Shown in pieces: positions 1 through 11,405 of a DNA stretch of 64,000 bases. Origin of the DNA: an uncultured Bacillota bacterium (GTDB lineage Bacteria > Sysuimicrobiota > Sysuimicrobiia > Sysuimicrobiales > Segetimicrobiaceae); assembly GCA_963804645.1 (NCBI GenBank), contig CAWDRG010000004.1, forward strand, positions 96,001 to 160,000, written 5' to 3'. The translations under genes were made by a program, and so were the position numbers. The notes beneath the pieces are model-generated. The model worked only from the letters and a program-made list of their open reading frames with translations, did not search any database and was not told the DNA's origin. How positions within the stretch are numbered: position 1 is the first letter of the stretch; every line of letters begins with the position of its first letter.

Positions 1-915
1 GACTTCCGCTATTACGAGCAGGCCGCCGCGCAGGCGCCCGCGTGTGAGGTGCTGCGCGCCGGGACGGACGTCGTCGCGGCGCTGGCCGAGGCGGTGCGGT
101 CGCGCGGGGCGCGGCGGGTGGGGTTCGAATCCGAGTTCGTCCCGTTCGCGCACGTGGAGCGCTGGCGCGGCAAATTCGCCGCCAGCGAGCTCGTGCCGCT
201 GGGCGACGTGGACCGGCTGCGGTGGGTGAAGGACGACGCCGAGATCGCCGCGATCCAGCGCGCCGCGGAGCTGGCGGACGCGGGATTCGCCCACATGCTC
301 ACCGTGCTCCGCCCCGGCATCACCGAGCGCTGGGCCGCGGCCGAACTGGAGATCTTTCTGCGGCGCGCGGGCGCGGAGCGCCTGTCGTTCGAGACGGTGT
401 TCGCGAGCGGACCGCGGTCGGCGCTTCCGCACGGCCGGCCCACCGATCGCGTGCTCGCGGCGGGGGATTTTGTGACGATGGACTACGGCCCGGTGATCGA
501 GGGGTACACCGCGGACTGCACGCGGACCGTCGTGCTGGGCGGGCCCGACGCCCGGCAGCGCGAGATCTACGCCCTGGTGCTCGAGGCGCAGCGGGCGGCG
601 CTTGCCGCGGTGCGGGCCGGTGTCTCGTCCCGCGCGGTCGACGCTGCCGCGCGGAGCGTCATCGAGGCCGGCGGATACGGGGACGCCTTTGGGCACGGCC
701 TCGGCCACGGGATCGGCCTCGAGATCCACGAAGGGCCATCGCTATCGCAGCGGATGGACGTGCCCCTCGAGCCCGGCATGGTGATCACCATTGAACCGGG
801 GGTGTACGTCCCGGGGTGGGGCGGCGTGCGGATCGAGGACGACGTGGTGGTGACGTCCGACGGCGGGCGGGTGCTCACGCACGCGCCGAAGGACCTGCGC
901 ATCCTGTCGGCCTGA
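1..915 (+). CDS. Xaa-Pro aminopeptidase (M24B), 5'-truncated by the window edge
   Basis: Frame open from base 1 (DFRYYEQ...). Metal motifs D..G, HGLGHGIGLEIHE, TIEPG, GVRIED. Sits upstream of efp like B. subtilis yqhT. Confidence 0.92.
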   Translation, partial: DFRYYEQAAAQAPACEVLRAGTDVVAALAEAVRSRGARRVGFESEFVPFAHVERWRGKFAASELVPLGDVDRLRWVKDDAEIAAIQRAAELADAGFAHMLTVLRPGITERWAAAELEIFLRRAGAERLSFETVFASGPRSALPHGRPTDRVLAAGDFVTMDYGPVIEGYTADCTRTVVLGGPDARQREIYALVLEAQRAALAAVRAGVSSRAVDAAARSVIEAGGYGDAFGHGLGHGIGLEIHEGPSLSQRMDVPLEPGMVITIEPGVYVPGWGGVRIEDDVVVTSDGGRVLTHAPKDLRILSA

Positions 916-1064
916 CGCCGTTCCCGGCTCGTTCGCGGCGGGATGCCGCGATGCCGCAGCCGCGGCCAGCGCCCGAATCTCGACGGTGATCAAGGCGCCG
1001 CGCGCGATCGTGCGCGCATCGCTCCGGTGTCGCGGTCGCCGGGAGCGATGACCGGCCCCGTTGA

Positions 1065-1094
1065 TTGACAAGCCGCACCGGCGGTCGGTACACT
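1065..1094 (+). promoter_or_regulatory. sigma70-type promoter for efp
   Basis: TTGACA(1065)-N18-TACACT(1089), just upstream of SD GAGGTG and the start. Confidence 0.6.
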
Positions 1095-1112
1095 CGCGTG
1101 AGGTGATGCTTC

Positions 1113-1673
1113 GTGATCTCGAGTAATGATTTCCGCTCCGGCGTCCACTTTCTCCTCGACGGCGACTTGTACGTGGTCGTCGAGCAGCAGCACGTGAAGG
1201 TCGGCCGGGGCCCGGCCTACGTCAAGGCGAAAATCCGCAACACGAAAACCGGCGCCACCACGGAGCGGACGTTCCGTGCCGGCGAGCGAGTGCCGCTGGT
1301 CTATCTTGAGAAGAAGACGATGCAGTATCTCTACGGCAGTGACGACGAGTATGTGGTCATGGACAAGACCAACTTCGAGCAGATCTCGCTCCCGGCCGCG
1401 ATCTTTGGGGACGCGGTGCGGTTCCTGCGTGAAAACATGGACGTGACGGTGGTGTTCCACGAGGACACCCCGATCGGCGCGGAGCTGCCGACCGCGGTCG
1501 ACCTGCGGATTACGGACACCGCGCCGGGCGTCCGCGGCGACACCGTGAGCGGCGGCAGCAAGCCGGCAACCCTGGAGACGGGGGCGGTGGTACAGGTGCC
1601 GCTGTTCGTTGAGACCGGGGAGACGATTCGCGTCGATACCCGCACCGGGACCTACCTCGAACGCGTCCGCTGA
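1113..1673 (+). CDS. efp: translation elongation factor P
   Basis: HVKVGRGPAYV loop (Arg at the tip), PGVRGDT, KPATLETG, VPLFV motifs. Confidence 0.97.
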   Translation: MISSNDFRSGVHFLLDGDLYVVVEQQHVKVGRGPAYVKAKIRNTKTGATTERTFRAGERVPLVYLEKKTMQYLYGSDDEYVVMDKTNFEQISLPAAIFGDAVRFLRENMDVTVVFHEDTPIGAELPTAVDLRITDTAPGVRGDTVSGGSKPATLETGAVVQVPLFVETGETIRVDTRTGTYLERVR

Positions 1674-1825
1674 CGGCCGTCTCAACCCGCGCCGGGCCAG
1701 GGCCGGCGCACCGAACAGGCTAGGGCATAGGTACCGGCTCGCCGGCGAAGTTCCCATTTACCCGGTGCCCCTCCGCGTCTATTCTGAGTGCGAAAGAGGG
1801 TCGAGACAGGGCGGGGGGACTGGCA

Positions 1826-2299
1826 ATGCGGCGGCGGGCGGAGGCAACATCGGCGGAGCGGCAGGCAACCGGGCGCGGATTCCACCTGATCGAGATCCTG
1901 GTGTGCTCCGCGATCCTCGCACTGCTAGTCTCGCTCATGATGCCCGCCTACTTGAATGCCCGGAACAACGCCGCCGTCGACGAGGCCAGCGCCATGGCCC
2001 AGGAGTGGCGGACGCTCGCCTACGGCTGTCACCTCGCACACCCGAACGACCCGACCGCCTGCTTGAGCAACACGCAGATCGGATTCAACGAGTCCGCCGG
2101 GAAGTACTGGAACTGGACGCCCGCGCGGGCCACGTACAAGCTGATCGCGGTCCCCAGCGACGAGGGCGGCACGGACCGCGCGATCGTGGTGTCGTGGCCG
2201 TCGGCCGACGCCGGCATCCTGAACGGCGAGACCTTCATCGTCAGCATGAACTGGAACACCGGACAGGCGGCCACGGCCTGCGTGCCGGTCGGCTGCTAA
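1826..2299 (+). CDS. type IV pilin-like protein (prepilin N-terminal methylation motif)
   Basis: Basic leader, then G|FHLIEILVCSAILALLVSLMMP (G-1, F+1, E+5, hydrophobic helix). C-terminal Cys pair. Confidence 0.8.
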   Translation: MRRRAEATSAERQATGRGFHLIEILVCSAILALLVSLMMPAYLNARNNAAVDEASAMAQEWRTLAYGCHLAHPNDPTACLSNTQIGFNESAGKYWNWTPARATYKLIAVPSDEGGTDRAIVVSWPSADAGILNGETFIVSMNWNTGQAATACVPVGC

Positions 2300-2501
2300 G
2301 AGCCCGGGACGCGGCGCGCCCCGGGGGGAGCGCGACCGCGTCCACCGGGCTCGACGCTCGCGGGTCGGCCCCCGACATTCGCCCGGGTTCGTCCGCTGCT
2401 CGCCCGAGGCGTCGTCCACGCCGCGGTGCGGCTGTCTGCGCCACGGTGCGGATGTCGTGGTGGAGACGCGGGTCCCCGACGGACGGACGGGACGGACGGC
2501 G

Positions 2502-3795
2502 GGTAGTGTACGGTATTGTGTGTAAAAGCAGGAGCCCGAAAAGAGAGGGCGTACCCCGACCTGACCAACCATAAGGAGGGATACGCCCATGGCCAGTGTG
2601 CGACCACTGACCGATCTCACCGTAGCCGATCTCTGGAAGGAGGTCAAGGATGAAGCGACCCTGTGGGGGGATGTCTCCCGAGAGACGCTCCGCACGGTCA
2701 AGCTCTTGCTGGAGAACCGGATGCATGACGAGTTGATCAACCATCTGAATGCCGGCCGGTACACTCGGAATCCGGACCGGCAGGGGTATCGGAATGGCGT
2801 CTACCGCCGCCGCTTGGTGACGACGTGGGGCACCATCCCCGATCTCCATATTCCCCGGGCCCGCCAGAGTGGGTTCCAGCCCTCGGTGCTCGGCCGCTAT
2901 CAGCGCCGCACCAGTGACGTCAACGCGCTCGTCCGCGCGGTCTTCCTCGGCGGCCTCTCCACCCGCCAGGTCGGGCCCGTCCTCGCCAAGCTCCTCGACG
3001 ATGTCGTGAGCCCCACGACCGTCTCGACGATCACCCGGGCCTTGGATCAAGCCGCGGCGGCCTTCCACCACCGGACGCTGGACGATCACTATCAGTATCT
3101 GTTCCTCGACGCCGTCAGCCTCCGGGTGAAAGGGCTCGCGGGGAGCAAGCGCCGCTTGATTCTCGTGGCCTACGGCATTCGGCCGACCGGGCAGCGGGAC
3201 CTGATCGACTTCCGGCTGGCCCGCTACGAGACCCAAACCACCTGGGAAGCCTTTCTCACGACGCTGGCCTGCCGCGGGTTAGTCGGGAAGCAGTTGCAGC
3301 TGATTACGACGGACGGCCAGCGGGGCCTCCATGCCGCCCTCGATTTGGTCTATTCGGACGTCCCGCGCCAAGCGTGCTGGGTCCATGTCCTCCGCAACGT
3401 GGCCAATCGGCTGCGGGTCAAGGACCGGGACGCGTGTCTGCGCATGGCGCGCCGAATCTATCAGGCGCCGACCGCCCACGCCGCGCGCCGCCTCCTGCGC
3501 CAGTGGGTCCAGGCCTGGCAGGCCACCGCCCCCGCGGCGGTCGCCTGTCTGACGCGCGAGGAGGACGCTCTGCTCAGCTTCTATGCCGTCAACGAGGCGG
3601 ACTGGCGCCGGGTGCGCACGACGAACGCGATTGAACGGGTGTTTCGCGAAGTCCGCCGGCGCACGCGCCCCATGACGTGCTTCACGAACGTGGCCAGCTG
3701 TGATCGGATTATCTATGCGATCGTTCAGGCTCTGAATGTCCGGCAGGCGAGGCGCTCTCTCTCACGGGAATTTACACAAAACACTTGACACTACC
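2502..3795 (+). mobile_element. IS256-family insertion sequence, apparently intact
   Basis: Imperfect ~25-bp terminal IRs (GGTAGTGTacgGTaTTgTGTGTAAA vs revcomp GGTAGTGTcaaGTgTTtTGTGTAAA). 9-bp direct repeat CGGACGGCG at 2493-2501 and 3796-3804. Confidence 0.93.
2589..3788 (+). CDS. IS256-family DDE transposase
   Basis: YRNG..R, YLFLDA, ITTDG, QACWVH, RTTNAIERVFREVRRR motifs. Confidence 0.95.
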   Translation: MASVRPLTDLTVADLWKEVKDEATLWGDVSRETLRTVKLLLENRMHDELINHLNAGRYTRNPDRQGYRNGVYRRRLVTTWGTIPDLHIPRARQSGFQPSVLGRYQRRTSDVNALVRAVFLGGLSTRQVGPVLAKLLDDVVSPTTVSTITRALDQAAAAFHHRTLDDHYQYLFLDAVSLRVKGLAGSKRRLILVAYGIRPTGQRDLIDFRLARYETQTTWEAFLTTLACRGLVGKQLQLITTDGQRGLHAALDLVYSDVPRQACWVHVLRNVANRLRVKDRDACLRMARRIYQAPTAHAARRLLRQWVQAWQATAPAAVACLTREEDALLSFYAVNEADWRRVRTTNAIERVFREVRRRTRPMTCFTNVASCDRIIYAIVQALNVRQARRSLSREFTQNT

Positions 3796-3831
3796 CGGAC
3801 GGCGGCGCGTCCGTCGGATGGGATTGTGTTG

Positions 3832-3840
3832 TGGTATAAT
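3832..3840 (+). promoter_or_regulatory. extended -10 promoter of rpsO
   Basis: TGgTATAAT in an AT-rich patch about 80 nt upstream of the rpsO start. Confidence 0.6.
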
Positions 3841-3921
3841 AAAGCGTCGTGAAGCGGGGACATGCGCAGCTCCGGCGGTGTCTCGGCCGATCGTCGTGTC
3901 CTATCTTGGGAGGTGGAGCAC

Positions 3922-4197
3922 ATGAGTACCGAAGGTGAGGGCAGTCCGCACGCGTTGTCGCCCGCAGAGTTCCGGAGGCACCCAAACGACAGTGGCTCCC
4001 CGGACGTGCAGATCGCCCGGCTGACCGAACGCATCAATCACCTCAGCGAGCATCTGAAGATTCACAAGAGCGATTTTCACTCGCGCCGCGGATTGCTCCG
4101 GATGGTCGGGCATCGGCGGCGGCTGCTGACGTACCTGAGCGACCACGACCTCGCGCGCTACCGGGCGATCGTGGAGCGCCTCGGGCTGCGGCGGTAG
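3922..4197 (+). CDS. rpsO: 30S ribosomal protein S15
   Basis: [17 protein letters not shown]...H..D.HSRRGLL; SD GGAGGT; upstream of pnp. Confidence 0.97.
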   Translation: MSTEGEGSPHALSPAEFRRHPNDSGSPDVQIARLTERINHLSEHLKIHKSDFHSRRGLLRMVGHRRRLLTYLSDHDLARYRAIVERLGLRR

Positions 4198-4287
4198 CGC
4201 AGCGGCAGCCGGACGGCGTCCGTCTCGGGGCGACGCCCCGGCCGGCCGAGGGGTGTGGGAGAGCGGGATGAGGAGGGCAGCGCGCGG

Positions 4288-6540
<2,253 letters not shown>

Positions 6541-6564
6541 TCGACGCACGGGAGCCTGGCGTGA

Positions 6565-6590
6565 GAGAAGCCTCCGCGAGGAGGCTTCTC
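6565..6590 (+). terminator. strong hairpin after pnp (terminator or stabiliser)
   Basis: Perfect 11-bp stem GAGAAGCCTCC / GGAGGCTTCTC with GCGA tetraloop; weak U-tract. Confidence 0.6.
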
Positions 6591-6653
6591 GGTTATCGGC
6601 GAGACCGCGCGCAGCGCGCGGATCAGCAGGCGGACGGAGGCGCGGCGGGTCGT

Positions 6654-7949
6654 ATGGTCGTGGATCAGGCGCTGTACAGGCGGACGGAACTGCCGAACGG
6701 CCTCGTGGTGCTCACCGAGCCGATGGATCACGTGCGCACCGCCTCGCTCGGGGTGTGGATCGGCGCGGGCTCGCGCCACGAGCAGCGGGCGCAGATGGGG
6801 ATCTGCCACTTTATCGAGCACGCGTTGTTCAAGGGCACCGCGACCCGGTCCGCGCTCGAGATCGCCCAGGCGATGGACGCGATCGGCGGCCACCTGAACG
6901 CGTTCACGGACAAGGAGCACACCTGCTACTACCTGCGCGTCCTGAGCAACCATCTGGATGACGCGATGGCCGTCCTCGCTGACATGCTGCTGCACCCGGC
7001 GTTCGAGCCGGAGGCGCTCGAGCGCGAGCGGCAGGTCATCCTCGAAGAGATCCACATGTACGAGGATGCGCCCGACGACCTTGTGCACGATCTGTTCGCG
7101 TCGTCGATGTGGCCCGAGCACCCGCTCGGATGGCCGATCGCGGGTATCCACGAGACGGTCGCCCGGCTCAGCCGCGCCGATTTGATGGGGTTCCTGGGCG
7201 CGTACTGCCGGCCGAACGTGTCACTGCTGGCCGCGGCCGGGCGCCTGTCGCACGACGCGATCGTCGAGCTGGCCGAACGCGCGCTCGGCGCCTGGGACGG
7301 CCGGAGCGTCCCGACGGCGGTGTCGCCGCCGGTCACGCGGGCGGAGGTGGCGTTTCGGCACAAGGACATCGAGCAGGTGCACCTGTGTCTCGGCGTCCCG
7401 GGGTTTCCGCAGGCGCACCGCGACCGGTACGCGCTCGCCGTGCTGGACACGATCCTCGGCAGCGGGATGTCCAGCCGGCTGTTCCAGGAGATCCGCGAGG
7501 AGCGCGGGCTCGCGTACTCGATCTCCACGTACCACGCCGCGTACCGGGACGCCGGCGCGTTCGTGGTGTACGCCGGCACGAGCCCGGCGAGCGCGCGCGA
7601 AGTCGTGCACCTCGTGCTCGAGAATCTGGCGCGCGCCCGCGATGGACTCGACGCCGCGGAGATTGCCCGCGCGAAGGAGTCGCTGAAGGGCAGCCTGATG
7701 CTGGATTTGGAAACGCCGGGGAGCCGGATGAGCAAGCTCGCCCGCTCGGAGCAGTACTTCGGGCGGCAGCTCAGCCTCGATGAGATCATCGGCGCGGTGG
7801 ACGCGGTCACCCGCGACGACGTCCGGCGCGTCGCGGGCACGCTGTTCGTCCCCGACCGGGTGACGCTGGCGGCGATCGGGCCGTTCGACGAGCACCCCGG
7901 GCTGGCCGGGAGCCTGGACGCGGAGGTGCGTGCGCATGCCGGAGCATAG
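6654..7949 (+). CDS. M16 family zinc protease
   Basis: HFIEH inverted zincin motif, LNAFT.KE.T, GMSSRLFQEIRE.RGLAY. Confidence 0.93.
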   Translation: MVVDQALYRRTELPNGLVVLTEPMDHVRTASLGVWIGAGSRHEQRAQMGICHFIEHALFKGTATRSALEIAQAMDAIGGHLNAFTDKEHTCYYLRVLSNHLDDAMAVLADMLLHPAFEPEALERERQVILEEIHMYEDAPDDLVHDLFASSMWPEHPLGWPIAGIHETVARLSRADLMGFLGAYCRPNVSLLAAAGRLSHDAIVELAERALGAWDGRSVPTAVSPPVTRAEVAFRHKDIEQVHLCLGVPGFPQAHRDRYALAVLDTILGSGMSSRLFQEIREERGLAYSISTYHAAYRDAGAFVVYAGTSPASAREVVHLVLENLARARDGLDAAEIARAKESLKGSLMLDLETPGSRMSKLARSEQYFGRQLSLDEIIGAVDAVTRDDVRRVAGTLFVPDRVTLAAIGPFDEHPGLAGSLDAEVRAHAGA

Positions 7950-8742
7950 GGTCGTGATCGCCGGCGCGGCCGGCCGGATGGGCCGGGCCGCGGTGCGCGC
8001 GGTCGCGCGGCGGGACGACATGGAGCTCGTGGGGGCGCTCGGCCACACGGCGGCGGTCGGGCAGGACGCGGGCGTCGTCGCCGGGGCCGGTGCGCTCGGC
8101 GTGTCGATTGGCAGCGACCTCACCGCGCTGATGGCGAGCGCGCGTCCGACGGTGCTCGTCGATCTCAGCCGCGGGGAGCCGGCCGCGGCGCACGCCGAGG
8201 TCGCGCTCGCCCGGCGCGTGCCCGTCGTGATCGGCGCGACCGGGCTGCGGGCGGACGATCTCGCCCGGTTGTGCGAGCGAGCCCGCGCCGAGCGCGTCGG
8301 GGTGCTGCTCGCGCCGAACTTTGCCCTCGGGGCGCTCCTGATGATGGAGTTCGCGCAGCGGGCCGCGCGGTTTTTCCCGCACGTGGAGATCACGGAGCTG
8401 CACCACGACCGCAAGCGCGACGCGCCGTCCGGCACGGCCGCGCGCACGGCGCACCTGATTGCGGCCGCCCGCGGCGACGCCCCCGCGCCGGCCGTCGCCG
8501 AGGTCGAGATGGTTCCGGGCGCGCGCGGCGGCGTGATCGACGGGGTGCACGTGCACAGCGTGCGGCTGCCGGGCCTCGTGGCGCACCAGGAGGTGCTGTT
8601 CGGCGGTCCCGGGCAGACGCTCCTGATCCGGCACGACTCGATGAACGAAGAGTCGTTCATGCCGGGCCTCTTGCTCGCCATCGAGCGCGTCGGCGGGCTG
8701 CACGAGTTGGTGGAGGGCCTTGAGCATGTGCTCGACGGGTAG
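7936..8742 (+). CDS. dapB: 4-hydroxy-tetrahydrodipicolinate reductase
   Basis: GAAGRMG, ELHHDRKRDAPSGTA. Confidence 0.95.
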   Translation: MPEHRVVIAGAAGRMGRAAVRAVARRDDMELVGALGHTAAVGQDAGVVAGAGALGVSIGSDLTALMASARPTVLVDLSRGEPAAAHAEVALARRVPVVIGATGLRADDLARLCERARAERVGVLLAPNFALGALLMMEFAQRAARFFPHVEITELHHDRKRDAPSGTAARTAHLIAAARGDAPAPAVAEVEMVPGARGGVIDGVHVHSVRLPGLVAHQEVLFGGPGQTLLIRHDSMNEESFMPGLLLAIERVGGLHELVEGLEHVLDG

Positions 8743-8772
8743 GAGCCGCGGCGCGGACGCAGGAGGTGGAGC

Positions 8773-9798
8773 ATGGCGGGCTATCGGGTAGCGGTCGTGG
8801 GCGCCACGGGCGCCGTGGGACGCGAAGTGTTGGAGATCCTCGAGGCGCGCCACTTCCCCGCGGCCTCGGTGCGGGCGATCGCGTCCGCGCGTTCGGCGGG
8901 GAAGCGGCTCGGCGGGCTCGTCGTCGAGGCGATCGCGCCGTCCGTGTTCGAGGGGATCGACCTGGCGATCTTCGACACGCCGGATGAGGCGGCGCGCGAG
9001 TGGGTGCCCGTGGCCGTGGAGCGGGGGGCGCTCGTCATCGACAACTCGGCGGCGTTTCGGATGGCGCCCGATGTGCCGCTCGTCATCCCCGAAGTGAACC
9101 CGGAGGCGCTGCGCCGCGCGCCGCGGCGGATCATCGCGAACCCGAACTGCACGACGGCGACGATCGCGGTGCCGCTCGCGCCGCTCCACCGCGACGCCGG
9201 GCTCGTCCGCCTGATCGCGTGCTCGTACCAGTCGGTCTCCGGCACGGGGCAGGCGGGGCTTGAGCAGCTGTGGGCCGAGGTGGGGACGGCGGCGCGTACT
9301 GGCGTGCCGCCGGACGCGCCCGGCGGCACGGCGTTTCGGCAGCCGATCGCCATGAACATTCTGCCCGCGGTCGGCTCGTTCCGCGGCGACCACACGAGCG
9401 AGGAGCTGAAGGTGGAGGCGGAACTCCGGAAGATGCTCGACGCCCCGACCCTCGTCGTGGGCGCCACGTGCGTGCGCGTGCCGACGCTCCGCGCGCACGG
9501 GGTCGCGGCCCACGCGGAGTTCGCCCGGCCGCTGTCGGCCGAGCGGGCGCGCGCGCTCCTGGCGGAGGCCCCCGGCGTGGAGGTCGTGGACGCCGCCGGC
9601 GACGGACGCGTCCCGACGGCGCTGCTCGCGGCGGGCACGGACCCGTGTTTCGTCGGCCGGATCCGCGTCGACGGCGCGGGGATGCTCGCGTTCTTCGCGG
9701 TGGCCGACAATCTCCGCAAGGGCGCGGCGCTCAACACCGTGCAGATCGCCGAGGCGGTCGTGCGCGACGGCATCCTGCTCGGTGCCGCGGCGTCGTGA
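8773..9798 (+). CDS. asd: aspartate-semialdehyde dehydrogenase
   Basis: VGATGAVG, NPNCTT, YQSVSG, CVRVP, DNLRKGAALN. Confidence 0.96.
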   Translation: MAGYRVAVVGATGAVGREVLEILEARHFPAASVRAIASARSAGKRLGGLVVEAIAPSVFEGIDLAIFDTPDEAAREWVPVAVERGALVIDNSAAFRMAPDVPLVIPEVNPEALRRAPRRIIANPNCTTATIAVPLAPLHRDAGLVRLIACSYQSVSGTGQAGLEQLWAEVGTAARTGVPPDAPGGTAFRQPIAMNILPAVGSFRGDHTSEELKVEAELRKMLDAPTLVVGATCVRVPTLRAHGVAAHAEFARPLSAERARALLAEAPGVEVVDAAGDGRVPTALLAAGTDPCFVGRIRVDGAGMLAFFAVADNLRKGAALNTVQIAEAVVRDGILLGAAAS

Positions 9799-9918
9799 GC
9801 GCGGCGGCTCGGCAGGAGCGGACGCCGCGCATCCGGAACGTTTGAGGAAGACCCGCGCGCGTCGCGCGGGAAGCCGCGGCGAGTGGGATCGCCGCGAGCG
9901 TGGGGAGGTGGGGAAGCG

Positions 9919-10806
9919 ATGGCCGAGTTCGGACGCGTGATCACCGCCATGGTTACACCCATGGACCGCACCCTTGCGGTGGATTACGACAAGGCGGCGG
10001 CCCTCGCGAAGCGCCTCGTCGAGGGGGGATCCGACGGCCTCGTCGTCGCCGGAACGACGGGCGAGTCGCCCACCCTCACCGATGAGGAGCGGATCCGTCT
10101 GTTCCGGACCGTGAAGGAGGCGGTCGGCGGCGGCACCGCCGTGATCGCCGGCACCGGCACGTACGATACCGCGCACAGCATCCATTTGACGGAAGAGGCC
10201 GAGCGGGCCGGATGCGACGGCATCCTGCTCGTCAACCCGTACTACAACAAGCCGTCACAGGAAGGGCTGTACCAGCACTTCAAGGCGATCGCGGCCCGGA
10301 CGCACCTGCCCGTCATGCTCTACAATATCCAGGGCCGGACGGCGGTGAACTGCGAGCCGCAGACGATCGCGCGGCTGGCCGAGGTCCCGAACATCGTCGC
10401 GGTCAAGGAGGCGAGCGGCAGCCTCGATCAGATGTCGCAGATCCGCAAGCTGACCCCGCCGTCCTTCAAGCTGTACAGCGGCGACGACTCGCTGACGCTG
10501 CCGCTGCTGGCCGTCGGAGGATCGGGCGTCGTGAGCGTCGCCTCGCACGTCGCCGGCCGTGAGATCGGCGAGATGATCGACGCGTTTTTCGCGGGGAACG
10601 TCCGCCGCGCCACCGAGCTGCACCTGCGCCTGTGGCCGCTGTTCAAGGTGCTGTTCATCACCTCGAACCCCACGCCGGTCAAGGCCGCGCTGGCGCTGAC
10701 GGGATTCGACTGCGGCGGCCTGCGGCTGCCGCTCCTCGAGGCGACGCCCAAGGAGCGGGAGCAGATCGCGGCGGTCCTCAAGCAGTTTGCGCTGGTGGCG
10801 GCCTGA
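9919..10806 (+). CDS. dapA: 4-hydroxy-tetrahydrodipicolinate synthase
   Basis: GTTGES, PYYNKP, LYNI.GRT, AVKEASG, SGDD. Confidence 0.96.
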   Translation: MAEFGRVITAMVTPMDRTLAVDYDKAAALAKRLVEGGSDGLVVAGTTGESPTLTDEERIRLFRTVKEAVGGGTAVIAGTGTYDTAHSIHLTEEAERAGCDGILLVNPYYNKPSQEGLYQHFKAIAARTHLPVMLYNIQGRTAVNCEPQTIARLAEVPNIVAVKEASGSLDQMSQIRKLTPPSFKLYSGDDSLTLPLLAVGGSGVVSVASHVAGREIGEMIDAFFAGNVRRATELHLRLWPLFKVLFITSNPTPVKAALALTGFDCGGLRLPLLEATPKEREQIAAVLKQFALVAA

Positions 10807-11405
10807 CCGAACAGCGCGCGCCGTCCACGACCGACCGGCTCGGAGCCCTGCACAGCCGGATCCGCCGGTGCCGCCGCTGCCCGCTGTGGCAGACCCGGAC
10901 GCACGCGGTGCCGGGTGAGGGGCCGGCGCGGGCCCGGGTCGTGTTCGTCGGGGAGGGACCGGGCCGGCAGGAAGACGCGACCGGGCGGCCGTTCGTCGGG
11001 CGGGCCGGGCAGCTGCTCGACGCGCTGCTGCAGCACGCGGGCCTCAATCGGGGCGAGGTGTACATCACGAACGTTCTGAAGGACCGGGCGGCGACACCCG
11101 GATCGCCCCCGCGCGATCGGGCGCCGGCGCCCGCAGAAGTGCGCGCGTGCGCGCCGTGGCTCGATGCGCAGCTGCGGCTGATCCGTCCTCGGATCATCGT
11201 CACGCTCGGCCGGCATTCGCTCGACGCCTTCTTGCCCGGGCTGCGCATCGCGGACGTCCACGGACGTCCCCAGCGGCGCGGCGGGCGCACGATCCTGCCG
11301 CTGTACCATCCGTCGTACGCGCTCCACAATCCGGCGGTCCGCCCGATCCTGTTTCGGGACGTCCGCGCCCTCCGCACGCTGATGCGGGGGCGGGCGAGCC
11401 GCTGA
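10803..11405 (+). CDS. uracil-DNA glycosylase, family 4-like
   Basis: CRRCPL, VGEGPG.QED..GRPFVG.AG, YHPS. Start uncertain (CTG overlapping the dapA stop). Confidence 0.88.
   Translation: MTEQRAPSTTDRLGALHSRIRRCRRCPLWQTRTHAVPGEGPARARVVFVGEGPGRQEDATGRPFVGRAGQLLDALLQHAGLNRGEVYITNVLKDRAATPGSPPRDRAPAPAEVRACAPWLDAQLRLIRPRIIVTLGRHSLDAFLPGLRIADVHGRPQRRGGRTILPLYHPSYALHNPAVRPILFRDVRALRTLMRGRASR

Noticed and set aside
3785..3840. IS256-derived hybrid promoter for rpsO
   Set aside because: The -35 to -10 spacing is 44 nt.
3841..3921. S15 autoregulatory leader RNA
   Set aside because: Plausible by position, but I cannot match a specific structure by eye.
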